The position numbers and the translations under genes are program-made. Source: Octopus bimaculoides (Eukaryota). From it: DNA of 64,000 bases. The number at the start of each line of letters is the position of its first letter. The stretch's first letter is position 1. Shown piece after piece: positions 28,377 through 41,600 of this stretch. The notes below the pieces were generated by a model. That model saw nothing but the letters and a program-made list of their open reading frames with translations. It searched no databases and was not told the origin of the DNA. The stretch is from the NCBI RefSeq assembly GCF_001194135.2, contig NC_069000.1, positions 1,456,113 through 1,520,112 on the forward strand, given 5' to 3'.

Positions 28377-29000
28377 ATACATCGTTCTTGTTGATGGTCT
28401 TGTTTTAGCTCCAGGTTAGTAGTGACTGTAGACAGACCTATTATCAAAGACGCTCCTGTCGTGAGCATCCCGTCTTTTTTAGAGTTATATGTAGTAACAG
28501 CCTTATCTAGTGTGTTCTTTCCTTATTCAAGATGGGTGGGGGTGTGATCTGAAATCGATGTTGTTTTTCTTAGTTCTGGATAAAGCTTGAATGAGTACAC
28601 GTATCGTCAAAGACTCTGCCGTCGTAACCATCCCATCGTTTTGAAGGCGTATGTAAGAACATTACCCAATCGAGCTATCATCCAACCAGGAAGTTTTTTC
28701 AACGTTACACGACCTGCTACAAACAGCAACCAAATCCTCTCAAATCACTCCCAACCGTCTTAAATAATAAAAGGAAGAGTACATTAGGTGACGTACTCCT
28801 AGTCCTGCGTATCCCTAAAAGAACAAGACGGTCAAAACAAGAATACCTTTGGTCATACGTAAGTCTGGCCGAGCAGTGCGTTGGCCTTGGGTTAAACAGC
28901 AATGACATCGACATTAACCAATGGGCTTTTCCTTCGTACTTAGGACGGATGTGCTGTACGAAGTGAGGGCTATTTGGCTACTATTTCTACCCGATCGAGC
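27295..29000. mobile_element. Cluster of about 8 diverged copies of a short interspersed repeat (family D) in both orientations
   Basis: Recurrent AGAAATAGCAGCCAAAT...GGAA[T/C]GCCTTTGATCATAGG...GGGCTAAACAACAAC; copies also near 1110, 1300, 14470, 25310, 53260, 55070, 61330. Confidence 0.7.
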
Positions 29001-29254
29001 TACCGCACAGGTTAGAGTCTCTTCCGATGGTTTGTGGCTTTTTATATTCTTTTTATCCGCCATGATAGAAACAGACTTCAAAAGTCAAAACTAAAAAGAT
29101 TTGCACGCTTTTTTTTCTTCCCCATTTTCGAGTTTACATCGATCGTCAGATTATAAGAATAAGAGCGATTAGACAAATAATAAAACGAAAGTACAGATTA
29201 ACTTGTCTAAATGTATACATGTCTATTATTATTATATACATTTAAAGATCTTAC

Positions 29255-29670
29255 CTTCGTACGTGTTTAATTAATTATATCTCAATCACACACACACACA
29301 TATGTAAATGTGTGTATTTGCGAGCTCGCATCCAAGATATATTAAGAAGGATAATTACGACTGGCAGCAGAGCTGTGAATGGTGTCAATGCACTGTAAAC
29401 TGAATCGCTAACGTGTGAGTGTGTGTGTGTGTGTGCGTGAGTAGGTCTGTATATGTATTTATGTCAGCCTCTCTGTTTGTGTGAGCATGTGCGCTTGTGT
29501 TGGAGAGGCAATTATAATTTACTAATACGGTAGCGGGTGCGGAAAAGACAAGTACGGAAGAGTATAAAGGCAATAAACGTGTGCCAACGACCAATCGCAC
29601 GCGAACGTTAGGTATTTATACATGCGTAAGTTTATCTATGGGTGACACTTTATATACGCGCGCGCGCGCA
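29255..29670 (-). promoter_or_regulatory. Candidate CpG-rich promoter and non-coding first exon
   Basis: Donor GAAG|gtaaga at 29255/29254; CCAAT near 29592; (CG)6 run 29657-29668; CpG-rich stretch. Confidence 0.35.
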
Positions 29671-29679
29671 CAGAAATGC

Positions 29680-29712
<33 letters not shown>

Positions 29713-30479
29713 CTTCTGAGAAATATTTCTGTTTTTTTTTTCTTTTACTTGTCCCAGTCATTGGAGTGCAGTCATGATGGGGCATCGCTCTGAAGAGTTT
29801 AATCGAATGAGTTGACACCAGTGCTTATTTTTTTTACAGCATGTTTTTTTTTTTTTGCAGAACTGCTAAGTTGCGGGGACGTAAACAAACCTACACCGGT
29901 TACCAAGCGGTGTGGGGGTAAAACATACACACACGTACAAACAACCCTGAGAAGAGGCTAGGTTTAGCAAAAGCCATGAGAAGTGCATGACCGACCTCAC
30001 CCCCAAATCACAAGCATTCTCCTTATAAGTGGGTGATGTCTCTATGATGTGACATATTTAGTAGTAAAGCAGCATTTAACAAAAGAAATGGCCTTCATTA
30101 GAATGTAGGCTTTTAATAACTTACCATTCCTAAGCCGTAAATTCTTTAGCTTTAGAAAATAGCCCTTGTGTTTGGCAATGAAGAACGTGTGAAACTTATT
30201 AGGTGGGTAGGCAAACAAGTAAAGAGTATGCATACTAACATAAAAGCTAAATGTTTTGCATGCGTGTGTGTGTTTGCGTGATTTCAATATTTTTTTGCGT
30301 CTATTTTACTTTTCCATGCTTGCGTGGATTTGACACTATACACCATCATCATTTAACGCCCGTTTTCCATGCTAGCATGGGTTGGACAATTTGACAGGAG
30401 CAGGCAGGTCACAGGGCTGCACCAAGCTCTGCTGCCTGTTCTGGCATAGTTTCTACAGTTGGATGTCCTTGCTAATGCC

Positions 30480-31680
30480 AACCACTTTATGGAGATTTCT
30501 ATATGGGTAGTCGGGAGATTAAGATTTATGTATCTATAATGAACAGGAAAGGTGCAAGAATGTCCCCTTGTAGCACTCCCACCAGGATCTCAAGGAAATC
30601 TGTCGTATGACAAAGTGATAAAATGATAATAACCTGAGCAATGATGTCTTTGTAGAGATTGTTGAATGCATCTTTATGTCTGGAATACAATACATTCTGA
30701 GAATCTGTACCAGGTTGACTCAGTGGAGAAAGTCAAAGTTCTGATCTTGAATATTTTCAAAAAGCCATTAAAATGCAGGAATTTGTGATAATACTGATCT
30801 TGGATGAAGACTATTTTGGTTGGTTCTTAGTAATAGTTCTACACAGGGACAAGTGTATTCTTAAAAGCAATAACTGATAAGATAATTCCTCTGTATTGGT
30901 TTGGCATATCCAAGATTTCCTTTCTTTGGAATTTGGTACTGGACAATTTTACACCCAAATATCAGCTTTGTCTTGGAATGAAGTCTTTTATTACATACTT
31001 CAAGTAATGGATCCAAGAATGGTTGTGTTTCCATCATTGCATTGGTGCCTTGCCATTTGAAAAAGGACTTCATACAATTCTTTAGTAAAGTCTTTTGTAT
31101 CTAAAGTTAAAGGTTTCTTTTACTCCATTAATGATGTTTGGGAACTGTCCAGCAAGGTTCCAGTTTTTAATTTGGTCTTTTGGAATGTTTTTTTTGGTTC
31201 CCTGTTATTTCAGTCACAGCTGTCTATACGTAAGAAAGTTTTTGGTTCTTTGAAGCATTTTAGATTAGTTTTTTTTTGTTATTTTTTTTAAATCTGAAAA
31301 TAATCTTAAAGGTTCCTGTTTTTAGGTTGCATCCAGTTGTTTTGCATTTTCCAATGTTGCTTTGCTAACTTTTGGACATTTATTTTTACATATGCTTCTT
31401 TCAGTTCTTCTCTTTTCTTTCAACATGGAATATGGTTGCGCTTTTTCTTTCTACTTTCATAATATTAGTTTCTGCTGTAATTTCATGTTCATTTCTGATG
31501 TCATTGTAAATAGAATTGGCATTTTCAATATCATCTAAAGAATGCCATGTTTCAAAACAATTTTTGAGACCAGTGGCAAGTTACCTCGGTTCATAAAATT
31601 TCTCTATTTATATTTAAGTTTTTATTCCTTTTGAAGCTCAACCTCAACATTCCCGTCACAATTCCACAATCAGAAATCAC
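30480..31680 (-). mobile_element. Heavily degraded RTE-clade LINE reverse-transcriptase fragment
   Basis: Remnant motifs IPKKGNLGYAK and GVLQGDILAPFLFII amid stops and frameshifts. Confidence 0.7.
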
Positions 31681-31682
31681 AT

Positions 31683-32790
31683 TAAAAAAATGTCTCCCTA
31701 ATTAGTTGGGCTATGACCCTCTCCATGACCTTCATTACCTGATCCAACAACTTGATACCTCTGTAATTATTTGTATCTAAAGCGTCACCGTTACCTTTGT
31801 AGCAGTTGACTATGGTGCTGCTACAACAGTCATTGGGTATGACTCCTTTGTGTATCACCTTGTTAACTATATGGGTGACTAGGCTATAGCCGACACTGCC
31901 AGATATTTTGAGCATCTCTGCAGTGATGCCTGATGGGCCAGGGGCTTTCCCTGTCTTCACACTCTTAATTGCTTTATCTACCATGGTACTGTCAACTCGG
32001 ATAGCTGGTCCCTCTGTTGGGTCAACATCAGCAGACTCTCTTTCTCCCATTCATTTTCTTTATTGAGCAATCTTTCATAGTGGCGTCTCCAAACCTCTCT
32101 CTTGGCAGCCTCGTTTAGTGCAAGTGAACCAGCATCCATGCGGACACATTTCTCTCCTACGACATCACGATTCTCTTTCACACACTGTCTTGCAACACGA
32201 AATACCTCAAGTCTTTNNNNNNNNNNATTCTCTTTCACACACTGTCTTGCAACACGAAATACCTCAAGTCTTTGGTCCTCATGGTGCAGAACATTGGCAA
32301 ATTTTTTCTGCTTCCCCTCTAGCTATATAAACCTATCACCTAGCTTCCCTTCTGGCAGTCTGATACAATTTCTTGCTACCACTGGTCTTCCAGTCCTTCC
32401 AAGCCCGTTTCTTTTCTCTAATAGCTCTGTCAGCAGCATTGTTCCACCACCACGTTATTTTGGGTTGAGAGGGCACTTTGCACCATCCACAGATCTGATC
32501 AGTGGCCCTCAGCAGGTTGTCCCGTAGAAACCTCCAGTTGTCTTCTACATTGTGTGAAGCTATATCTCCCTCTATTTCATGAAAGGCTTCGAGTAATATG
32601 TCTCTAAATCTCTGTCCATTCACAGGATCTTTAAGCTTCCAGACCCCTTCTCCTCCATGCTGGTCATCCTCTGGGCAAAAGCAGCCATCTTTCCCTTTTT
32701 CTAGCGAGGATGTAGTCAATTTAGCTAGTGTGTCTACCAGAACGGTAGGTGACCAGGTGACTGGCAGGTTTCCTGAAGGTACACTAGAAT
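31683..32790 (-). mobile_element. RTE-type LINE fragment (endonuclease-RT linker and start of RT)
   Basis: ORFs 32336-32884, 31978-32238 and 31682-32050: TWWWNNAADRAIREKKRAWK, WRRHYERLLN, GKAPGPSGITAEMLK, CYKGNGDALDTNNYRGIKLL. Confidence 0.92.
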
Positions 32791-33462
32791 ACACATACAA
32801 ACTCACATAAATTATGCATCTACATGCACATACACACATAGCAGAATGAAAAAGATGAGCGACCAAATTGCTGTGAAGACACAAGACATTCCAAACAGTA
32901 GAAAAGAGATTTGTGTAGGAGAGGAACAGAATGTTTCAAATTAATCAATAGCTTTCTTTATTTCTTTAGATTGTTTTGCTTTTTAAATTAAGAAGTTCAT
33001 TAGAAGTAAATATAAGTGTCAAAGAGAGACAGTGAACATAAAAATATACACTCTATACACACAGACACATAACACATGTATAAATTGCAATATCAACATC
33101 TTAGTTTGTACTGTTATATACACGTATACACACACGCGTGTATACATACAAAATATAAACACACATATATAACATATAGACCATATACAGCCATCAAGAA
33201 CTTTATATAGACATATACACACATGTAATTTATATATGCACACACACACACACGCACACATATACAAATACATTTATGTGTAGGCATCTCCTTTTCAATC
33301 TTGATATAATATATATATATCTATATATATGCACACACACATACAGAAATATATCCATCTATATGTCTACAAGCCCTTTACAATTTTGCTTATATACACA
33401 CATATGTATTTATATGTACATATCCCTTTTTCAAACTTGTTTATTTACAAGCAAGATTATAC

Positions 33463-33540
<78 letters not shown>

Positions 33541-33918
33541 CTGTTATTTAATCATAAATAATAATAATAATAATGGTTTGAAATGTTGGCATAAGGGGCC
33601 AGCCATTTCGAGGAAGGGAGTAAATCAATTACATCGATCCCAGTGCTCAACTGGTCCTTATTTTGTCAACTCCAAAAGGATGAAAGGCAAGGCTGACCTT
33701 GGCAGAATTTGAACTTAGAATATAGAGGTGGACGAAATGCTGCTAAGCATCTTGCCCAGCATGCTAACAATTCTGCTAGCTCGTTGCCTTAATAATAATA
33801 ATAANNNNNNNNNNAATAATAATAATAATGATGATGATGATGATGATGATAATAATAATATTGATAATAATACTAATATGTTTATAAAGTTTTGTGTCAC
33901 AGATTTCTCGGTGAATTG

Positions 33919-34194
33919 TTAACTTTGCACAATCTCTTGAAGTACTTCAGTACCGGTAGTGATGTCTTGCAACTCCGCACTCTGCACATCCAGCGTGGTT
34001 TCCCCAGCAGCTATCTGGGACGTCTCTTGAGGGGTCACATACTGAATCACAAACTGGTTTCCAGCAAGTTCCTGGTTTGCATCCGACACAAGTACTTCCT
34101 GGCCTTCTTCTTGGACAATGATAGTGTCAGGATTGACCGTAACCATTTGACCATTCTCTGACTGCACTGTTATTTGCTGCTGACCAAAAGCTCC
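33919..34194 (-). CDS. ZFAT: ZFAT terminal coding exon 13 (Gln/Val/Glu/Thr-rich tail)
   Basis: Poly-T + ccag acceptor, phase 0, stop TAA 33921-33919. Confidence 0.88.
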   Translation of the reverse strand, partial: GAFGQQQITVQSENGQMVTVNPDTIIVQEEGQEVLVSDANQELAGNQFVIQYVTPQETSQIAAGETTLDVQSAELQDITTGTEVLQEIVQS

Positions 34195-36784
34195 CTGGAA
34201 AAAAAAAAAAAATATGGAACATCAGAACCTACAGAGTTGGTGGAAGATAGCAAAGGAAATTGATGGAAGACAGCTGTTGATGTGGATTTGGTAGATGGAA
34301 ACTGAAAGAAGCCTATTATATATCATCATCGTCATTTAATGTCCATTTTCTATGCTGGCATAGGTTGGATGGTTTGACAAGAACTAGCAAGCTGGAGAAG
34401 AGTACCAGCTTCTATTGTCTCTTTTGGCATGGTTTCTATGCCAAAAGAGACAATAGAATTTCTGTGTTGCCAAGAATCCAGTGAAGTTCATAGAAGCAGA
34501 TTTTGTATAGCTGGATGCCTTTCCTGTTGTTAACCAACATCTGTTTCCATGTATGGTAATATTTCCCTATGTCCCTTTGGACACAAACAACAAAATGGCT
34601 GGATCCAATTTCAAGGAAGACTGCAAATGAATGACACTGCTAGTATGACATTTGTTCACAACCAGTGCATGATCTCAAAACAAAGACACACACAAATATA
34701 TTGATATATATATTTGTGCAATGGATTTCTTTTAGTTTCCCTCAATCAGATCCACTTACAGACTTTAGATCAGCTCCTTCAGGTTCTGCAGAAAATATTT
34801 CCCCAAAGTGCTGCCCACCTTGAAGCTGAAACCCTGAAATTATTTGGTTGGGGAAGCAACCTTCTTAATTGCACAGCTATGGCCACACCTGTAATATTTG
34901 AAATAGATAGCACAGCACCAAGCAGAAACAAAGAAGGTCATCGTATATTCATTACAGCTGGTGCGTCAAATAATAAGCCCGAATTTTGTGAAAGTCTATC
35001 TCAGACTATCAGGTTTACCCTGTGATCAAGTTGGGAGATAAAAATGTCGTTCCATATCAGTTTTACTATGATGACATAAATTGGACAGATATTTACATCA
35101 AGTGTTATTTTTACGGCTTGATGCTCTTCCTGTTACTGACCCTTCCCTGTTTTACATTTAAAGGACATTATATAATCCACTACTTCAAAAATATAGAGCT
35201 ACATTCACTGGGAATGTAAACATGATCACATCAGGTTCGTTTTCTACTCAGACAATCCCATGCATAACTTTGCCATTCACGTATCATTACATTCTTTTCA
35301 TTTTTTGACATCATTACGCAAATACCTGTCTTGTCTTTCCTGTTGAGGATCTCTTATTTCACATTTCTTCCAGCAGACAATTTATTCACAATGACAACAA
35401 TTTCACTGCTTGTAACTCAGAAATTTTCAGACAGGTGCAAATGTAAACAAACATACAAATAAACACACACACACACATTAATGACTATTTTCTTGTGTGC
35501 GTGCACGTGCAATGAAGTATTTTTGTGTTAGTGCATGTCTGTGCATATATGCGTATGTATGGACATGTGTGTGTGAGAGAGAGAGAGAGAGAGTGGTTGA
35601 GTGTAGTCAACCAGGAAAGTGTTTACCTGTTGCGACATGTCAATGATGTGTTGTAGAATGTTCACAGCTGAAGCAGTTTTCTCATCTAACTCTTGAGGGG
35701 CCGGAACTAAAAAAACAAAAACAAACCCCCAATTAATTGCCATTAATGGAAACTATAACAAAAGAAGCACAATTAAAACATTAATTAACAAGAAACAATC
35801 AAGATAGAGTCTGCTAATCACAGTTTTTACACGTCTGTTTTCATTGAACAAAGACTCCAATTATACCACATACTGAAGACTTACCCTGTACAAAAAACAG
35901 GGGGTGTAGTTTTTAATTTTTTTTGTAATAAAGACATGCACCTGCTTACAACAGGAGATCAAACCAACCCAAATGTAACAGAGATGACATGAATACTGTA
36001 AAAAGAAGAAAAATTTCATCTTCAGAGATCAAAAAATTAGTTTTGATTTTATTAACAGCAGTTCATCTTCCTCATTTAGATGTTTAATTAATAAAGAAGT
36101 TATAACTGAATTTTTACCTGAATTTGTTTCCTCAGAATATAGAGGGGGTTCATCACTAACTTGGAAAACCTGAAGAGAAACAAGAAAAAAAAAAATTGAG
36201 AAAATGGCAAAGTAAATGATTTTGTGAGGACACCTACCCCTCTCCCTCCATTCCTTTAATCTCTCATCAAATCCACCCCACCCTCATTGCTACTGCCTCC
36301 TCATAACTGCAGGGCTTTTGTCTTGCAAATGACTCAGTGACCCTGTTGGTGCTGGTGCCATGTAAAAAGCACTGGTGATGGTGCCACATGAAAATCCCTC
36401 AGTATAAAATGACTGGTGTTAGGAAAGGCATCCAGCCATAGAAACTGTGCCAGAACAGATAATGGAGCCTGGATAGTAAATTATTGGTGCTAGGAAGGGC
36501 ATCCAGGCGTAGAAACCAAGCTAAAATCAAAGTAGAGCCTGGGACAGCTCTCTGGTATACCAGTTCCAGTCAAACCATCTGATCCATGCCAGCATGGAAA
36601 ATGGACACTAAATGATGATGATGATGATAATAATAATAATAATAAGGGTCTAATCAATTACATTGACACATATTCTATGAACATTTTAAGGATGAAAATC
36701 CAAGTTGATCTCTAGAATTTGAACTTGGAACATTACGATTCCTCATTATCAAATGAATATATATACACACACACACAGACCAAT

Positions 36785-36815
<31 letters not shown>

Positions 36816-37312
36816 CACTCACACATTTACACACACACACTTGCATTGCAATAGGGTTGCTTCTCTTTATTCATTACACAAAATCCAGCATGTACGCACG
36901 CATGCACACACACACAAAGGAAAAAAAGGCAGTAGATTTGTCAAAAGCAACCCGAACAGAACTCACAAGTTCAGAAGCTGTTATATTCTCCAATGTTTGA
37001 ATGTCTTGCACTTGGACGTGGTGTCTGACTTTTAGATGCCGCTTCAAGTCGGACAGATTGCCAAACAGATAATCGCAGCTGAGGCATCGGTAAACACGAG
37101 AATCAGAGGAACTGTTTGGTTTCTCAACTGGGCTGTTACTGCTTGTGTACTGCATCCCTTTATGGTTGCGTGTGTAGTGGACCTTCATGTAGCCCAGGGT
37201 ATTAGCTGAATAATCACAATGGTGGCACACAAACCGCTTCACTATGTCATGAGTTTCCATGTGGCGTTTCAAGTGACTCCTTTGTGTTGCTTCATAAGGG
37301 CACCTGGTGAAA

Positions 37313-37353
<41 letters not shown>

Positions 37354-37772
37354 TATACATATATATATACACAAGTGGGGTGCTGAAATGTTCCTGGCTT
37401 TGGGTAAAAGAAAATACAGGACGATCAGTTAATTACGATTTTATTCAACATACTCTCCACAGCTTCACACACTTATTGCAGTGGTCCTTCAGTTTTTCTA
37501 AGCCCTCTAAAAGAACTTGGAAGGTTAGGCCTCCAACAAGGCCTTTCATGATACTCATGAACTTTTCCGCACTCCTTCGTATATGGTTCAAAATGGTAAA
37601 AAAAGCAAAAGCCAGAAATAGGTGAGGGAACAACAAAGAAGTATTAATTTCACACTCATGAAAAATGGAAGAAGTCTTTGAATGCTTTGAGCCTATGCTC
37701 TTCTTCAGAAAGGAATCAGGAGAGAAAACAGATGAGAGAGAGACAGAAAACATGTCTGGATTAACAGTTGCA

Positions 37773-37819
<47 letters not shown>

Positions 37820-38643
37820 TACAGGCATGGCAATATAGTAAACAAGCTAACTTCCCAACCACATGGTCCTGTGTTCAATCACGTTGCATGGCACCTTGCA
37901 TAAATATGTTCTACCAAAGCCTTTTGAATAGATTTGTAGACAGAAACTGAATGAAGCTTATTGTATATGTCTAGGCGTGTGGGTGTACCCCTGTCTTGAC
38001 ATCATATAACGATTGTAAATGATCATCACCATTGTCCAAGCATTGCTGTTCATTTCCCGTCTTCCATAGTGAACTGTTACTTTGCCTGGAAACAGTTGTC
38101 TATCAAATCCACCACTCAAAAGGCTTTGGTCACTTCTGAATTATATAGTAGAAGACCCTTGCTCAAGGTGCTCTGCAGTGGAAGTGAACCTGAAGCCACA
38201 CGGTTAAGAAGTAAGCTTCTTGACCACACAGCCATGCTTGTGGGCCTTAGAGCCATAAAAACTAACCAATACTCACTTGTCACACTTGAACAGTTTTCCG
38301 TCTTTGTGGGAACGGACATGCCACCTCAAGGCAGTCTTTGATTTATAGGCCTTGCCACAGTCGTTGCACATGAATGGTTTCTCGTTAGAATGCCGTAACA
38401 TGTGTGCTTGCAAGTTATTCTTACTGCGACAGGCGTGGGGACAGAGAGGACATCGGAAAGGTTTAATGCCCTCGTGTATCCAAATATGTTTTCTCAGCTC
38501 AGAGTTGGCCCGAATAAATACTCGTTCACAGTATGGACATTTATAAGAACGACGACCTACAAAAGAATGTTGCAGCATTTACATTATTGGTTAATAATTT
38601 TCAAATGTACAATTCTAAACAATGGTTACATGGACATTACATG

Positions 38644-38681
<38 letters not shown>

Positions 38682-41600
38682 TCATCATCATCATCATCAT
38701 CGTTTAACGTCCGCTTTCCATGCTAGCATGGGTTGGACGATTTGACTGAGGACTGGTGAAACCGGATGGCAACACCAGGCTCCAGTCTGATTTGGCAGAG
38801 TTTCTACAGCTGGATGCCCTTCCTAACGCCAACCACTCAGAGAGTGTAGTGGGTGCTTTTACGTGTCACCTGCACGAAAACGGCCACGCTCGAAATGGTN
38901 NNNNNNNNNNNNNNNNNNNNNNNNNNNNNNNNNNNNNNNNNNNNNNNNNNNNNNNNNNNNNNNNNNNNNNNNNNNNNNNNNNNNNNNNNNNNNNNNNNNN
39001 NNNNNNNNNNNNNNNNNNNNNNNNNNNNNNNNNNNNNNNNNNNNNNNNNNNNNNNNNNNNNNNNNNNNNNNNNNNNNNNNNNNNNNNNNNNNNNNNNNNN
39101 NNNNNNNNNNNNNNNNNNNNNNNNNNNNNNNNNNNNNNNNNNNNNNNNNNNNNNNNNNNNNNNNNNNNNNNNNNNNNNNNNNNNNNNNNNNNNNNNNNNN
39201 NNNNNNNNNNNNNNNNNNGCCCAGGTCTTCCTGGGCCTACCTCTTCCACGGGTTCCCTCAACTGTTAGGGTGTGGCACTTTTTCACGCAGCTATCCTCCT
39301 CCATTCTCACCACATGTCCATACCAGCGCAATCGTCTCTCTTGCACGCCACAACTGATGCTTCTAATGTTCAGCTTTTCTCTCAAGATACTTACACTCTG
39401 ACGGGTATTCACATTGACATTACACATCCAACGGAGCATACTGGCTTCATTCCTTGCGAGCTTACGTATGTCCTCAGCAGTTACAGCCCATGTTTCACTG
39501 CCATGTAGCATGGTTGTTCGTACGCATGCGTCATACAGTCTATATATATATATATATATATGTGTGTGTATGTATGGGTGTGTGCAGATGTATTTATTAA
39601 TATTACATGTGTTTATATATGTGTGCATGTATGTACACATTTATGTATGTATGCACATGCATACATATATATGTATGTTAACTCCCATGGGTTTGGGTAG
39701 ACAAATTGGATAAAAAGTACTCAATAGAGAGAGTAGAGTTTATTTACCCTTTCAAAGATGAGGTTTCCTAAAGACATTATGCTGTGGCGGACACCCAAGT
39801 GGGCTGTTCCACTACTGATAAATAGTGGACAGACACAGCAAGGAGTGACAGTCAGCAAGGTATGCTGTTTGGGCCAGTCATGCAGATACAGGAACGTTAA
39901 AAGCACATCCAAGTGTGATCATTGCCAGAGCCACGGATTGGCTCCCGTGCCAGTGGCATGTGAAAAAAAACCATTCGAGCATGATCGTTGCCTGTGCCAC
40001 CGGACTGGCTCCCGTGCAGGTAGCACGTAAAAAACACCTTTTGAGCATGGCCGTTGCCAGTACTGTGTGACTGGCCCTCGTGCTGGTGTCACATAAAAGC
40101 ACCTACTACACTCTCAGAGTGGTTGGCATTAGGAAGGGCATCCAGCTGTAGAAACCTTACCAGATCAGATTGGAGCCTGGTGCAGCCTTCTGGCTCACCA
40201 GTTCTCAATCAAACTGCCCAACCCATGCCAGCATGGAAAGCGGACGTTAAACGATGATGATGATGATGATGACAATTACTACCACAATTATTATAACAAC
40301 ATAAAAATAAAAAGAGTAGAAAAGAAAAAACTGACAGATAATATTACCCATTTTCCTTTGAATTCGGTGACCAAGTCCAGTTATTCGCTGAACTTCATCT
40401 TTGGTCATCTTTGGGTGCTTTATAAGAATATGATTGCGTAGTCTTTTCAAACTTTAAGAAAAGAAAGAAAAATAAGATAATTATAAGCTTTAATATAGCA
40501 CACCTATAATATCTGCTATTTCCTTCAATAAACACACATGCAACCGCACATATATACATGTTAAGAGTGTCCGTAAATCATCTTCATAGTTTGGAAACAA
40601 TTCAGAAAAAAAAAAAAAAAAAAATGATAGCTGAGCATAGTTTACTGGAAAACAATTAGAAAAAACAGAACACTTCCACATGTATTCCATTTGTTGCATG
40701 TAACCTGCTGAGTTATCCTGATTATATTTTTGTTTTCTGAATTTTTCAAATGTTAAAGGTAATTTATGTATTTTTGCTTTTTATACAAACAGTCTCTGAG
40801 CACCTAAATGACATTCTAGATTGTATTTTAAATAAATAAATTCGAAAATATTTTTCCTAAAGCACCTGTGACGAAAGGAAAACTATTTCAAATTTTATCC
40901 AGGGCAGGCAGTAAATTACCTGAATCATTAGAACATCAGATAGAATGCCTCACAATAGAATGTCAGCAATATTTGTTTCAGTTTTCTGGGTTCAAATCGT
41001 GCCTTTTCAGCTTTTTTGGGTTTATTGATAAAAATACCCAGCCAGGGCAATGGATTGGTGCAACTAAAAGAACACCCGACTAGATAACATGTTACATTAT
41101 TTGCTCCAGCTTATAACATCCTGAGTTCAAATTCCACTATGGCCAGTTTAGTTAATCTATCATCTAGATTAACACCTCCACCTGGCACCTTTGTAGCAGA
41201 GATTTGAAACCAAACTGCTAGGTACCCAAGCAGCTTCATATGATTGGTCTATCAAGCAACCAATTAGTGTGAAGTCATTGCACGGTGCAATTTTCTAGAC
41301 TCTTCTGTCTGAACTCTAGGTAAGCCACTTTTAATATCAAAACTCTTTGCAGAGTGTTGAAGGCAGCTGAGCAAAATGTACCTCCACTCTTGCCAGGGAC
41401 ATTTGCATAGACATCCTCAGGTTCTTGGACAGACCAAACTGACCATCCACACCAAATCTCATAAGTCACTTCTTTTGGCACAGCATGGTTTTCTTCCATC
41501 TCTCCCCACAACATTAATTATTGCTGTTAGTATTTGTAAAAGACCAACACAGTTAATACTCTACGTGCAATAATAAAAATCTTCCGTTAATTGTTTGCAG

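Noticed and set aside
32170-32272. Direct repeat of about 47 bp flanking a 10-N gap
   Set aside because: Typical contig-overlap assembly artefact rather than a biological duplication.
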